From contig MU058243.1 in assembly GCA_013265495.1 (NCBI GenBank), positions 1 through 60,831 on the forward strand: a stretch of 60,831 nt of DNA. Reading direction: 5' to 3'. Positions within the stretch are counted from its first letter, which is position 1, and each line of letters starts with the position of its first letter. The notes beneath the pieces were generated by a model. That model made no database searches. It was not told the DNA's origin and worked only from the letters and a program-made list of their open reading frames with translations. The DNA is from Vicugna vicugna. Its lineage: Eukaryota. Shown here in pieces: positions 10,591 through 25,400 of this stretch. The translations under genes were made by a program, and so were the position numbers.

Positions 10591-13500
10591 AGTATCCAGG
10601 CTGCCAATTAGTGATGGGTCAGGACTACAAAGTGGCCAATGGGCAGCAGCAAATATTTCACACTTTGACATGGCTATAGTCCAGCAGAAGTTTGTTAGGC
10701 ACAGTATGCAGTCATGTAGTGAAGTCCAAGGCTACATGTCAACTGGCTGACACGCCTCATCTGCCTGAGATGGACCTGTGCAATCACTCCCCGCAGCTCT
10801 GAGTCAATGAAATGGAGCAGCCCTTCATGGACACGGGGCCGTTTCAGCCCCATAGCCTATTCCTACCTGAGTAGCATTCACCTTCCTTGGGAAGAAGGCA
10901 GAAGTTCCAGGTAGGGAGCTTCAGCCATGGGTGAAAAGCAAATATTTCAGTGAGCTTGTTCACTTGTTTGTGCTCTGCCCAAAGTAGATCTGTCTCAGGG
11001 TACATAGCACCTGTCACATGGCTTAAATAAATAAATGCTGAAATCTGTAACTATGTCACGCCCAGCCCTGTCTGTCTACAGGACCTTCAAACTGGGGAGG
11101 ACTCTGCGCTCCCCTTCCAAATCATGGGCTGTGAAATCAGTCAGAACTGACGGGTAGGGGTCCCATCTTTACTATTTAACTGCTGCATGCCATGTCTGTG
11201 AACCCCAGTTTTCTCACATTCTATCAAACACTAATGTAATGGTAAATATGTTCATCTTTCCCAGCACAACTCTCTGCTGGTGTTTGGAGTCAGTGCCATT
11301 TTATTCAAAGCTATTGAGATGTCTTAGATGCACATATGTCCTGGGCAGCACCAGTGAAACCTGGCATTAAAAACTCGATATTCTACAATGTCTTATGTCT
11401 AAGATCCCATCATGAACAAACACACTAAAGACCTAGGGATGTGGGGCAAGTGGGTCCATATAGGAAGGACAAAGACACCCTCGCATCTCAAGCACTGGAA
11501 GAGACTTTGAGCCAAAGTTCTTCATAGGCAGCTGGATCTCTAAGAAGTATTTTCCCCTTAGACCTAGAGGAGGGAGGGAATTAGAGGTAGCACCAGGGCT
11601 GATTGCTTATATAGTTAGGATTCTGTTCATAGAAAACCAATTGCACAAATACTAATTTTAAATAATGTGTAAGAGTGAAATAAATAAGCAATTCTTTCTA
11701 TTGGAAAAAATGATCTTGCTATTAAGCTCTGTAAAGCCTTGGAAGATGTTGCTTGACATCCTAAGGATGTCAGAAGTATTCAGATGCTCACTTGTGTCCT
11801 CCCCAAACACCAAGTTTGTCCATGGGAATTGGTATCTGGGATAAGACTTGGGCTCACTGCCTAAGGAGGGCATGACATCAATCTTACTGCCTTCCAAGGG
11901 TGCAGTTGGAATAAGCCACCACTTATTCTTACTTCACTTGAATTCAAGAGCTGTTGGTGATTTTCAACCCAGCATTGCTCCAAATTGCAAACCTCTCACT
12001 GCAAAGGTGGGTTGCCTCCCATTTCTGTATGTAGCTTCTCCAGCTCTAGCCAGAGTTTGTCGCTGTCACAGGACTTTACAAAAACAGCAAGAAAGAAACT
12101 CATAAATGCCATTGGCCCTAATACTTGAGGCTCTAGCAATGGGCCATGTATTGGCCAAATATGTTGCCACTGCATAATGAGGGTCACCAAATCTCCAAAC
12201 TGCAATGGCTGAGTCCTTAGTATCCAATAATCAAATGCCATATTTTAGGTTCTGTTAATTACAGTATCCACTTATAAGTGCTGTAGTCTGTTGTCAGTTA
12301 GGATTCAGATCACCTGAGAGTAACTGACACATGACTGCTGTGTCTTTAACACATAAGGATTTAAAACAAGCCCAGAAGGAAGCAGGTCAGCGTTCTAAGG
12401 ATGCCAGAGATATGCAAATGCTAGACTTACTTAAAGCCAGTGGCCACAGAAGGACAGGTATGATGGCTCTATGAAGCCATCAGACACCTGGGCTCTTTCT
12501 ATCTTCTGCTCCCGGACATGTGGCTTCCATTCTTACATCACCTCTTGGTCCAAAGTGAATGCTGAGGTTCCAGACATTGCATCCACATTCTAAGCATCAA
12601 AAAGGATAAAGTGAGAAGGTAGAAATGATGCTCCCTCATGGAATTCTTATAGAAACTTTCATTTACATGTATTTAGTTGGAACTTGCCTGACTCAAATTA
12701 GGGTTTTATAACCGAGGAAGAAGTGGGGAACAGAGGTTTTTGTGGGCCACCAGCTGGCAGTGCTCTAGACAATGGTTAATTGTTATATCCCAGAAGATGG
12801 TGAATTGGATATCTGATAGCAAATGCATCATGCTCAGAGAATTTGAGGGGGGTACTGTTTTCCCAGGGGAGGAGTGGATGGCTTCTGACCCACTGGATAT
12901 CCAGGAGTAAACAATTATAAATGGATGAGACTTGACAGCAAAGACATGTTGCTGCTACTACAAGTCAAACCATTACTATTCCAGGTGCTTTAGTAGGCTT
13001 CTTTAATGCCGTCCTGGACTCATCCCCACAGCATCACCAACCTACCCTTAAAGACAGAGCCTGAAAGAGGTAGGGGTAATGGAGGGGAACAGGCTTGAAG
13101 ACAGAGAAGTAATTTTCTGCACATTACTTGATTTCAGAAAAACATTTCTACCTGTTGACCCCACCATGTTAAAAAAAAGAAAGTCATATCAAATCTGTTG
13201 AAACAAACTGTCCTGCTTCATTTTAGGTGGAATACTCAGCTCAGTTGCAGGGCTGCAGTGAGATTCCAGAAGCTACTTGGAATACAAACCATACAGGTCA
13301 TTATAAGACAATAGCTCTTGGAGTCACCCATGGCCATCTTTGTTAGCTGACCAGTCACCCAGAGGACTTTCAACCACTCAGAGTGAAAAGTCAAAAAAAA
13401 AAAAAAACCAGAAAAAAAAAGAAAGGAAAAGATGGGGGAGAGGCCTGAAAGCCAGCTGGGTAGCCATGAAACAAACAAAGCCATTGAAATCATTCAGGCA

Positions 13501-16500
13501 TGTCATCACTTTAATCTGTTTGTGACACCTGTCACCTATGCCCTGGAAGGTGAAAACACAGTAGGAGAGAAAGTCCTTTCACCATTCCTTCACACAAGGG
13601 CATTGTAAAGCTGGGAATAAATTCTGAATTCTGTCAGCCCTCCAAATTGGTTTTTGGTAATAGAGGTTGTAACTAATGAGTTTACTGCTAGAAACTGCTT
13701 TCCAATCTCCTAAATGAGCATTAGATAGAGTTACCTGCATCTCTCTATAGGGAACACCCATTGCCAAGGCTGGACATAACCCTGCTCCTCACCACTGCTT
13801 CCTCATGACCCTGGCAGTCCAGAGAGTGGGCTCATTGCTGTGTGGACCTGCCCTCTTCCCTCTTCATCTAAAAATGTTCCTATGGCCATATCAGGTGAAA
13901 AAGAGCATCAGAGCAGAGCTCTTGCTGTGTTGGTACCAGAGTGACTTTTGTTCTCTCTCGTCAGCATGAGCTCTTCTCTTTCATTTTTTTGCTACAAACT
14001 TTGATACTTTTTCAATCTTCTGTAAAGTCTTACACAAAAGCAGCTTCAAGACAGCCCTCTCCCTTTCCCTCAGCCCAATTTATTCTTCTAACCCTTCCAA
14101 TACAGAAATCCCAGAGTCAACATTGGCTTTAAACACAAGTCGGTCTCAAACTGGACCTTGATTGTTTATGCCACCTCCCTGGGCCTCAGTGTCCTCATGT
14201 GTCTAATGAAGGGACTGGACTAAACAACCTGTAATCCTTCTCCTCTCCTATCAACCTACTTAGTCAGTGAGGTCCTGTGTGCCATCAGCATGGACACATT
14301 CACCCTGATTCCTGGTTCAAGCTGTTTCAGGGACAGTGAGTTAACACTGACCTAACAATTTCTCCTTGAAGCCCAGGTGAAGATGTCATTATAAACTGAC
14401 AGAGCACACTTATCTGTTGAGATCTACTCTGCCATCATCCATCCTGAGATGTCTGTGACCTTTCTAAAGCTCCAAGTGTGGCATAACACACCTTGATGAG
14501 TTGCTTTTCTTCTTGTCTTTCTTGGGTTTGAATATCTGTTTGGTGAGCATTCCTAACAGTGCTTCAGATGACAATCACAAGTCCTTAATTTTTGTCTTAT
14601 TTGGTCTTGACAGTAATTACATGGGATGGGAAAGTTAAAGTGCCTGTTAGGAATTTGGACATTTCTGACTGGAGAAAAGAGATCTTTGGAAGATGCTGGC
14701 TGAAAGGTCCTATAAAATGTGACAGGGATGAGTGAAGGGACAGATCTCACAGCAAAACTGACACATGGAGTTTTACAGAACATCACTGGAAATTGTTCAC
14801 CAATAAAGAAACCAAGACTTGAGAAGAGATGATTTGCCAAAAGCTCTCACTACTCAGTGGCAGAAAAAGAAAAGATAGAATCCAGTTCTTTCTGACTTGT
14901 TGTCAGAGGAGATTTTGTGGGGTTTTTGTTATTGTTGTTGCAGTACACCAGTAAGTGCAAATTCCACATGTCTTGTGCTGTGGGCAGTATCAGAATGAAG
15001 AAGTGAGTGCCAAGCCCCTTGGAGCTTAGACCTGCATCTCCTGAGGGAGCAACCACTGCACAGGGTGGGAATGATGGCCAGAGAGATGGCTGTACAGAGG
15101 ACTCTGGAAGCAAGAGGAGGCTGGGCTGTGCCCTGTCAGAGGACACGCTGTGTCCTGCCAACCCCCGCCCCCCCCATGCCCTTCTTTGTTGCTTGGGGGG
15201 ATGTGTTTCTCCTCCTGTGCAGCCCCTACATTCACAAGCTGTGTGCTTTATCCTCTGACAACCCCCCCCCCATGCATTCCTAGTGTCACAGTAGCTCTCT
15301 GGCAAAGCTTCTGAAAAACATTCTCAGAAATGAGATTTACAAAATGCAGTGAAACAGGACGCTGAATAAAGGGAAAGGATTGGATAGCCAGGGGAGGCAG
15401 AGAAAGGTGAATCAGTTTCCTCTTCCACAGGGTGGCCTGATCTTAGCATCTCCCTGCTGGGGGAGGGGGGCATTCATCCCAGTGAACCCTAGAGGAGGTC
15501 TGATGTGTAGCTGCCCCTTCACCAGCCTGTGACACCAGGTTTCAGCAGTTGTCACGCTTAAATATCCCAGTGAGGTTCATTCATGGGGACTGTGGGGATG
15601 AATAATACTGCTCCAATTTTTTTTTAACTGTGAAATATTAAAGTTGTAAACTGAGTACTTCCATCCTTGACAGCAGCTATTAAGCTGACGCCATGGCCTC
15701 ATTGCTCTTTTGCTGTCTGAGCATCTCTCGGTGCCTAGCCCTGGATTCAGCCAGTCACACTTGGTTTAAACAGTTTAAATGTCTGTCGCCCTGTACTCGG
15801 GTTGAAGGTAGATGCTGGGCATCTGAGAAGATATTGTGCTGCCTCTGGTCATGTGCCTTACAAAGATGCTAAGCAAGAGTGAGTTTGTGTCGTGTGCCGA
15901 TGGTGCACCAGGCACTCTCCTTTTCCTTCTCACGTATTATCTCAGTCAAACATCACTACCTGGTAAATAATGTATGGCCTGAGAAACCACTTCAAGAGAG
16001 ATTAAGTAGCTGAAAAAGCAATAAGTAAGAGCAAGGGGAAGAGGGAAAGAGGTATGTTCTGTGCCGGGAGCCCCATGGGAGGAGGAAAGTCATACCTCAG
16101 ACAGCAGGGGCTCCAGTGCCCAGGAGCGCAGACCAAGGAAGCCCTAGATCACCCGCAGGACGGGCCACAGGGTGGGCTGTAAACACCAGCCTGGGGAGTG
16201 TTTACGTTCTGGAAAGTGTGTTTTCCTCTCTTGGGCTCTTGCTCTGTATTTGGCAGCCCGGATCCCAGCATCCTTCATAGGGTCCCTTGGAGGCTAGCGT
16301 TCTCTCTGGGCACTTACACCAGCAGAGGACCACAAGGCCGTGTCTTTCCTCACTCAGCCTTCTATCCTTGTTTCCTATCAGCATCTGGAAGGAGCAAACT
16401 CAGAGGTCAACTTCTGCATGCTTACCAGAGGGAGCTGTTAAACTAATTAGATGGTACCTATGCATTCACCTGGCCAGGTACCATGGGGATACAAAAGAAA

Positions 16501-16856
16501 CAGTACCTTCTTATTCCTGATAAGCAATAAAATGTTAGAAGTGCTTATAAACAAGTCATTTCTTTTCAGGTCCCCACACCTTTGTATATGCTGTTGCTTC
16601 CTCCTGGAAAGTATGTGGCGTACAGCTCTCCAGAGATGTACACACCAACTCATCCTTCAAGGTCAAATTCAAATACCGCCTCCAGTGAGAAACCTCCCTG
16701 ACTTCCGTGCCCAGGCTGAAGTGGCTTTCTGTCTGCTCTGTGCTTCCTAGGCATTGTTACTCTCAGGCAGCCCACACAGCACCATTGTATCTTCATTATC
16801 ATGTAAATGTGTGCCTCTCCCATAAGACAGACTTCTTCCTCAAAATATGAATATAC

Positions 16857-17753
16857 TTGTCTTATGTTTAAGTCTTTGATCCATTTTGAGTTGATTTTTG
16901 TGTATGGTGTAAGGGAGTGTTCTAGCTTCATTGGTTTACATGCTGCTGTCCAGTTTTCCCAACACCATTTGCTGAAGAGACTGTCTTTATTCCATTGTAT
17001 ATTCTTGCCTCCTTTGTCGAAGATGAGTTGACCAAAAGTTTGTGGGTTCATTTCTGGGCTCTCTATTCTGTTCCATTGGCCTATATGTCTGTTTTTGTAC
17101 CAATATCATGCTGTCTTGATGACTGTAGCTCTATAGTACTGTCTGAAATCTGGGAGAGTTATTCCTCCAGCCTCTTTCTTTCTCTTCAGTAATGCTTTGG
17201 CAATTCAAGGTCTTTGATGGTTCTAGTCAAGACATGGAAACAGCCTAAATATCCATCAACAGATGACTGGATAAAGAAGATGTGGTATATTTATACAATG
17301 GAATACTACTCAGCCATAAAAACCAACAACATAACACCATTTGCAGCAACATGGATGCTCCTGGAGAATGTCATTCTAAGTGAAGTAAGCCAGAAAGAGA
17401 AAGAAAAATACTATATGAGATCGCTCATATGTGGAATCTTAACAAACAAACAAACAAACAAAGCATAAATACAAAACAGAAACAGACTCATAAACATAGA
17501 ATACAAACTTGTGGTTGCCAAGGGGACAGAGGGTGGAAAGGGATAGATAGGATTTCAAAATTGTAGAATAGATAAACAAGATTATACCGTAGAGCACAGG
17601 GTAATATACACAAGATCTTATGGCAGCTCACAGAGAAAAAGATGTGACAATGAATATATATATGTTCATATATAACTGAAAAATTGTGCTCTACACTGGA
17701 ATTTGACACAACACTGTAAAATGATTATAAATCAATAAAAAATGTTAAAAAAA
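16857..17753 (+). mobile_element. Young L1 with a 5' inversion (twin priming): antisense 16857 to about 17223, sense about 17224-17753
   Basis: An antisense ORF2 segment ([12 protein letters not shown]...[10 protein letters not shown]) is joined to the sense C-terminus and 3' UTR. TSD atgaata(t/c)ac at 16847-16856 and 17754-17763. Confidence 0.88.
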
Positions 17754-17949
17754 ATGAATACACTGAGCTCTGACCTGACACACAGAAGTGGATAAAATAA
17801 TGTTTATTGAATAAAAGAGTCAAAAAGAAATTAGGAAAAAGTATGAATATATAGGTTTGTATGTGCAAAGAAAGGACAGTTTCACCCATGTTGACAGTGG
17901 ATGTAAGAGTCCTGGATAGTGCTATGATTAACAGCAAGGTGAAAGGGGG

Positions 17950-18170
17950 GAGAAAGGAATGCAGATGCTCTGAAGTCAGACCGCCAAGTTCAAACCCAGC
18001 CCCATCACTTGATGGATTAGTCATTTAAATTCTCTGAGCCTCCATTCCTCATCTGGGAAATGGGAGTCATAACAGTAGCCTGCTCAAAGAGATGATAAAA
18101 GACAAAATGAGTTAATGCACAGGAAGCACACAGAATAAAACTTGGCACATCCCAAGTGCTAGTATGTTAG
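17950..18170 (+). mobile_element. MIR relic
   Basis: ctctgaagtcagac...gttcaaacccagc...ctctgagcctccattcctcatctgggaaatggg. Confidence 0.7.
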
Positions 18171-18899
18171 CTAGGTGTTTCTGTTAGAGAATGGAGGTGG
18201 GAGAGAGGCTTTACCTTTATGTCCTCCTGTATTATTTAAATTTTCACTCCAGATATTTAGACAAGGAAAAAAATAAGACAGTGTAACTTCTGCTGACTAG
18301 ATATGACAGACTAGATATTCTGATTTATGCTCTTGAAATTAACCAAAAAATTCTGAATGAGATACCATGACCATAAAAGAAAAAAGCCCTTCTTAAATGC
18401 ATTAATTATCTGGCAAGAAAGTGAGGAATATTCAGGTTAAAATTTAAATGAAGACAAGATTTCTAAGTATTGGACAGAGCAGAGAAGCTCACATTTGTCT
18501 TCAGGACTTTTGGCCTTAATTTTTACTCACAGGGCATGGGAACAAAATACAAAGTCTAGGACCTGCCCATGGTGGCTTATCTACTAAAATACCTTCTCTT
18601 AAAGTTGAGAAGCAAAGGAGTACACCTTCAGTGTTAAAAAGAGCTAGAAATGCCTACCCTGCCAGGGACTGCAAGGAAAATTACCCATCACCAACCTTGA
18701 TGCTCAATCAACAGAAAAAATATATATATTTCCTGAAAGTTTACAGCAGAAAAGAAATCCTCACATGGTTCTGCAGGGCAAATCCATATCAGTTCATTGG
18801 CCTAAAAATCCTTACCCTGAAATCTAGTTTTTCAGTGATCCCAGCCTGGAAGTGCTCCCAGAAACTATATCCACTTTGAACCCATCAACCCAGGCATCA

Positions 18900-19320
18900 G
18901 TGAATTCTCACAGGTAAAGTCCCAAGAAAAATAAGCAGGATGCAGTCAAAATAAAACTGATAATGAAACGAGTCATTGTGAGCCTCAGGGGACAGACCCA
19001 CAAAGACTTCAGCCATGGGAGTTAATAGAGGCACAGAATAAAAACTACACTTACTGTGTATAAAAGAATTTTAAGAGAAGCTTGGAAAATATGAAGAGCA
19101 AATGAAAAATATAAAGAATGACGAAGCATGCTGAAAAATAAGCAAATCAATATTATTAAAATTAAAAATAATAAATGAAATATAAATCACTGGACAAGTC
19201 TAGTAGTAGGTTAGAAATGCTAAAGAAAGAATCGCTATACTGGAAGGTTGATCCAAAAAAAAAAAAAAATCAGCCAGAATGAGGCACAGAGACACAAAAG
19301 GATAGATTTAAAAGACAAAA
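18900..19320 (+). mobile_element. Ancient L1 ORF1-region remnant
   Basis: A-rich coiled-coil-like stretch ending cagaatgaggcacagagacacaaaaggataga, typical of old L1M ORF1. Confidence 0.5.
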
Positions 19321-19329
19321 CTAAGTTGT

Positions 19330-21100
19330 CTAAGTTGATAAATAAATTGTCTCTGTTTCTTCTTAATGTTTTACCCAATTTAGACACTGCATAATTATAT
19401 TCACTCCCAGTTTCATACCAGTCCATTCAGATATGGAATATAAACTATTTACTGAAAAATAGGAGATCCATCAAGAGATTCTTCCCACAAGTCAAAATAT
19501 TCCTAAGAGCAATTTAAAAATTTCAAAATCAAATTGTGCACCCCATGGGGCTTTCATTTCTTGCTTTGTGTAGTCTGTCTCCTGCTTTTACAGGGGAAAA
19601 CTGCAATGTCTTTTGGTTTGACAGATTTGTATTCAAAAATTGAACTTTTCTAAAAGCTTCAAAAGCTAAAATTTGGGGATACGCCATTAAAAACATTTTT
19701 ATGAAGATTTTCAGTGAATTGCAAACAAAGTGTAGCCAAAACTTAGGATACTCAATTATAAAAAGTTTAATACTATTACTTATTAATTCACAAAACAGTT
19801 TGGCAAATGCTTCAATATTTCTAAAATTCTATTGAAGTATACTTTTGTATTCATCATTGTCACCAAAAGAAAACACATGAGTTTAGTTACTCTGTACCTA
19901 CAAAAATTATTTGTAAATTTCAACAACTTCAGCCTCTATGTTTATTGGTAAAATATCACAGCTTGTCTGGACACAGTGGTACATGATATGTATCACAATC
20001 TATTCCAAGTACATTTCTGTTCCATGGGTTTCTTAATTTAGTTAGAACATTATTTTAACACATTGTATTCATATTAGTACTCAAACAAGACAAAACAAAA
20101 CAATTTATCTTTGCTGTCAAAGTCTGAAATGAATTTGTGGTTACATTGGTAACAATCTCAATTCTTTCACCTTCCAAAAACTTTGCATCCGTGAGTTGAA
20201 TTTAAAAAGAATTGAGCCATTATTGGGATTAACTGATTTCCTATTTGAAAAATCTGATGACAGATACAAAATTACAGTTGTTTAGCAGTTTGCCAAGTTC
20301 TTCTGCTAACCAAGCCATTATATTGATAGTTATCACTTGAACTTTTGTACATGCACAAGAATAATTGGAACTGAAAAAGGGAAATTAATTTAGAGCAGTC
20401 ATTTAATCTAAATGAAAAGTCATGCTTCACAGAATGATGAGCAAACACACCATTTTCACCACATTATGTTACATCAGCATCTTTGGGCACAGTTGTCTCA
20501 AAGTGACTACTAACTTTTTGGTGTAGATGGTGCTGTTTCTTCAATGGCTTTGTGTCTTCTGGTTTTCATGTGTTCAGTGATAACACTTTGGCCCCATAGA
20601 AAGTAAATGTCTAAAATCTCTTTGTGTAGGTCACACATTCATTCATCACCAACTTCTTTCATGAAAAGCAAAAATTCGGTCTTTAATTTTTCATTCAACA
20701 TACGCTTTAGTTTATTTATAACTTATTGCTGTCAAAAGATTTTTTTAACAAAGCGCTATCAATCAATTAATTAGTTATAAATTTGCACTATCCAATAAAA
20801 GGCAAAATCACTGTAAAAATGGTGACCAAATTACTCTGAACTGTCTTCAGCAGGATTGCTTAGCCTCCTTCCTGCTCACATTAGTGATAAATTTCCAGGT
20901 TTCCCATGAACCCTGCCATCCATGCTCTGGTGACCTGGGGCAATAAAAGTCCGCAGGCAGAAGACACAGAAGTCAGGTCATTGGGAGGGCCAACAGCATC
21001 AAACAATTGTCCCACAGCTACTGAGTTGCAGTATGCTTCATTTTATCAGTGATCCTCCTGCCTGATGTACCTGAGTGAGAGAGATGATCAAAACCGGGAT
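19330..21100 (-). mobile_element. hAT DNA transposon fossil (BLACKJACK-like) with a degenerate transposase
   Basis: Manual minus-strand translation of 20460-20341 gives GENGVFAHHSVKHDFSFRLNDCSKLISLF, then a frameshift and SSNYSCACTKV, resembling the hAT-Blackjack FSCARTK region. A terminal-like aaaccgggat lies near 21091. Confidence 0.65.
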
Positions 21101-21275
21101 TAGGGTAAAGCAAGGGAGGCACACTGGGGATGCAAAATTTAAGGAGGCACAAAATTTCTTTTCAGCAATCAAGACATATAATATCTTAAGACAATATTTT
21201 AAAATATCAAAATTGTGAAAATTCTATGGGGAGTAAAATGTCAAAATTTTCAATAAAGACAAGATCCAACACTGT
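21101..21275. mobile_element. MER53-like hAT MITE
   Basis: gcaaaatttaaggaggcac...aatcaagacatataatat...caaaattttcaataaagacaagatcc matches the recalled MER53 consensus. Confidence 0.55.
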
Positions 21276-22396
21276 ACTTTTACAATCCCTTGTTTACTTT
21301 AATCCCAGCACACAGATTCTGCTTCTCTGGAGATGAATAAAAGAGAACTGTAGGAGAAAAAGGGGTTGCTTTGAGTGAGGAAGACGTAAGAAGATGCCAT
21401 GCTCCAAAACCCCTCTCATCACATCCTGATGTCTCAGATGCCCCTGCTTTAAGTTTTCTGCTATATAGATTAAAAGCCAGGCTATGTTTGTCCAAAAACA
21501 TGCCTGTCCCATTAGGAAAAAAGATGGCAGAGAATCAGGGAAACCCTAAACATACCTTTGTGTTAATTGTGGCAAACGCTATATAGCCTACCAGGCCTGA
21601 TGAAATAGGCATTTCAGCCTCAGAAGAAAAATATATTTGATATTGCTCACACAAACTTCAGAATTGGTCAGAATAAAACATTAATTAATTTACTATCAAG
21701 GCCACACTGCATGATAAGATAAAAATTCAACCCCGTCTCAGATTATGGCCAACGACATTTTCCTACTAAGCTTACCAGAGAGGGTTATTCCATATCTTTT
21801 CTTTGGACAAGTATCCAAAATTGAAATTGATGAATATGATAGTTCTATTCTTAACTTTTGAGGCACTTACATACTGCTTTCCATAGTGGCTGTACCAATT
21901 TACATGTCCACCAGCAATGAACAAGGGTTCCCTCTTGTCTACATCCTTGCCAACACTTGTTATTTGTTGTCTTTGTGATAATAGATGTTCTGACAGGTAT
22001 GCGGTGATATCTCATTGTGATTTTGATTTGCATTTCTCTGATGATTAGTGATGTCGGGCATCTGTCCATGTGCCTGTTGGCCATCTGTGTATTTTCTTTG
22101 GAAAAATGTTTATTCAGGTCCTCTGCCCATTCTTTAAATCAGATTCCTTGGGGTTTGTTTGTTTGTATGTTTGTTTGTTTGTTTTTGATGGTGACTTATA
22201 TGAGCTATTTGTGTATTCTGGATATTAATCCCTTATCAGATATATCATTAGCAAATATCTTCTCCCATTCAGTTGGCTGCCTTTTTGTTTTGTTGACAGT
22301 TTATTTTACTGCACAGAAGATTTTTAGTTTGGTGTAGTCCAATTTGTGTACTTTTGCTTTTGTTCCTCTTGCCTGAGGAGACATATCCAAAAAAAT

Positions 22397-22489
22397 NNNN
22401 NNNNNNNNNNNNNNNNNNNNNNNNNNNNNNNNNNNNNNNNNNNNNNNNNNNNNNNNNNNNNNNNNNNNNNNNNNNNNNNNNNNNNNNNN
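22397..22489. other. Assembly gap (93 N) inside the L1
   Basis: Run of N. Confidence 0.99.
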
Positions 22490-25400
22490 GAGTTTATTTT
22501 ATATTATGAGAAAGAAATCCAGTGTGAGTCTTTTGCATGTAGCTGCCCTGTTTTCCCTTTTTTTTATTGAACAGGCTGTCTTTTACCCACTGTACTTTAG
22601 ATGCTTGCTTCATTGTCAAAGATTAATTGACCATATAACTGTGCATTCATTTCTGGCCTCTCTATTCTGTTCTATTGAGCTATGTGTTTGTTTTTATGCT
22701 AGTACCATACTGTTTTGATTACTGTAGCTTTGTAGTATAGTTTGAAATCAGGGAATGTGATACCTTCAGCTTTGTTCTTTCTCAGATTACTTGGATTATT
22801 TGGGATCGTTTGTGTTTCCACACAAATTTGAAAATTGCTTGTTCTAGTTCTGTGAAAATTCCATTTTTTTTAATAAAGACTGCATTGAATCTGTAGGTTT
22901 TCTTGGGTGAAATAATCAGTTTAACAATATTAATTTTTCCAATTTATGAAAAGGTCTATCTTTCCATCTGTTTGTGTCATCTTCAATTTACTTCATCAGT
23001 GTTTTATAGTGTTTTAGAGTACAGGTCTTTTACCTCATTGGCTAGGTTCATTTCTTGGGTATTTTATTATTTTTGATAAGATTTTGAATGGGATTGTTTT
23101 CTTAATTTCTCTTCCTGATACTTCATTATTAGTGTATAGAGAGGCAACAGATTTCTGTACATTAATTTTTCAGTTCGAATGGTTATCAGTGGTGTGTTTA
23201 AGATTTTCTATATACAACATCACATCATCAGCAAACAGTGACACTTTGACTTGTTCCTTTCCAATTTTGATTCCTTTTATTTATTTTTCTTGTTTGATTG
23301 CTGGATCTAGGACTTCCAGTACAATGCTGAATAAAAGTTGGAAGAGTGCACATCCTTGTCTTGTTCCTGATCTTAGAGGAAATGCTTTCAGCATTTCACC
23401 ATTGAGTATGATGGTAGCTGTGAGCTTGTCATATACGGCCTTTATTATGTTGAGGTATGTTCCCTCTATACCCACTTGTTGAATGTTTATCATAAATGGA
23501 TATTGAATTTGCCAAAAGATTTTTCTGCATCTATTGAAATGACCATTTAATTTTTATTCTTCAGTTTGTTTATGTGGGTATCACATTGACTGATTTGCTG
23601 ATATTCAACCACCCTTGAATCCCTATGATAGGTCCCTCTGAATCATAGTGAATGATCCTATTAATACACCATCTAATTCAATTTGCTAATATTTTGTTGA
23701 TGACTTTTACGTCTATGTTCATTAGTCTTATTGCCCTGTAATTTCCTTTTTTGTGCCTGATTTTGGTATCAGGGTGATGCTGGTCACATAGGATGATTTT
23801 AGACGTGTTCCTTCCTCTTCAATTTTTTGGAATAATTTCAGAAGGATAGGCATTAACTCTTCTTTAAATGTTTTGTAGAGTTCACCTGTGAAACTGTTTC
23901 TGCACTTTTGTTTGTTGAGAAATTTTTAAATTACTGATTTAAGTACATTACTGTTAATTAGTCCATTCATATTTTGTATTTCTTCCTGATTCAGTCTTGG
24001 GAGATTGTACGTTGCTAAGAATTTATTCATTTCTTCTTGGTTGTCCATTTTATTGATGTATAATTTTTCATAGTAATCTCTTAAGATCTTTTGTATTTCT
24101 GTGATATTGGTTTGTAACTTCCCCTTTTTCATTTCTGATTTTATGTATTTAGGTCCTCTTTTTCTCTTGATGAGTCTGGGTAAAGGTTTATCAATTTTGT
24201 TATCTTTTCAAAGAATCAGCTCTTAATTTCATTGATCTTTTCTATTGTTTTCTACAGTCTCTATTTCATTTATTTCTGCTCTGATATTTTTTAAATTCTT
24301 TTTTTCCACTAACTTTTGGTTTTGTTTGTTTTTCTTTTTCTATTTCCTTTAGGTGTAAGGTTAGGTTGTTTATTTGAGATTCTTCTTGTTTCCTGTGGTA
24401 AGCTGGTATAAATTTCCCTCTTAAAACTTCTTTTGCTGCATCTCATAGATTTTGGATCATTGTATTTCCATTTTCAATTTGTCTCCAGGTCTTTTTTATT
24501 GCTTCTTTGATTTCTTCAGTGACCCATTGGTGGTTTTGTAGCATACTGTTTAGCCTCCAAGTGTTTGTGCAGTTTTTCTCTTGTAGTTGGTTTCTAGTCT
24601 CATACCACTGTGCTCAGAATAGATGCTTGATACGATTTCAATCTTTTTAGATTTATTGAGACTTGTTTTGTGGCCAGAATTTATAATTGTTATGTCTTCT
24701 TTTGGGGCTGATCCCTTTATCATTATGCAATGTCCTTTTCTTTGTCTCTTGTTACAGTCTTGGTTTAAAGCATATACTGTCTAATATAACTATGTCTACT
24801 CCAGCTTTCTCTCTGTTTCCATCTGCATGGACCATCTTTCTCTATCCCCTGTCATTTAATCTGTATGTGTCTTTAGACCTGAAGTGAGTCTCTTACAGAC
24901 AGCATGTGTAGGTCTTGTTTTTGTATCCATTCGGTACTCTGTATTTGATTGGAGCATTTAGCCCATTTTTATTTAAAGTGATTATTGATAGGTATGTACT
25001 TATTGCCATTTTGTTCATTGTTTTGGGGTTGTTTTTATAGTTCTTTTTTGTTCCTTTCTTCTTTTGCTTTCTTATCTTGTGATTTTATGACTGTCTTTAC
25101 TGTTGTTTAGATTCCTTTCTCTTTCTTGTATGTGTATCCATTATAGATTTTTGGTTTGTGGTTACTGTGAGGTTTATATACAGATATACATAAATGATTA
25201 TTTTAAGTTGGTGATCTCTGATCTCTTAAGTCCAAATGCATTCAAATTACCCTTCATTTTTACTCCCTACACACTATGTTTAATATTTTTACATCATATT
25301 TTACATATTTTTGTTTTGTGTATTCATTAGCTACTTATTGTGGATGTAAATTATTTTAAAACTTTTCTCGTTTAGTCTTCCTGCTAACTTTATAAGTGGT

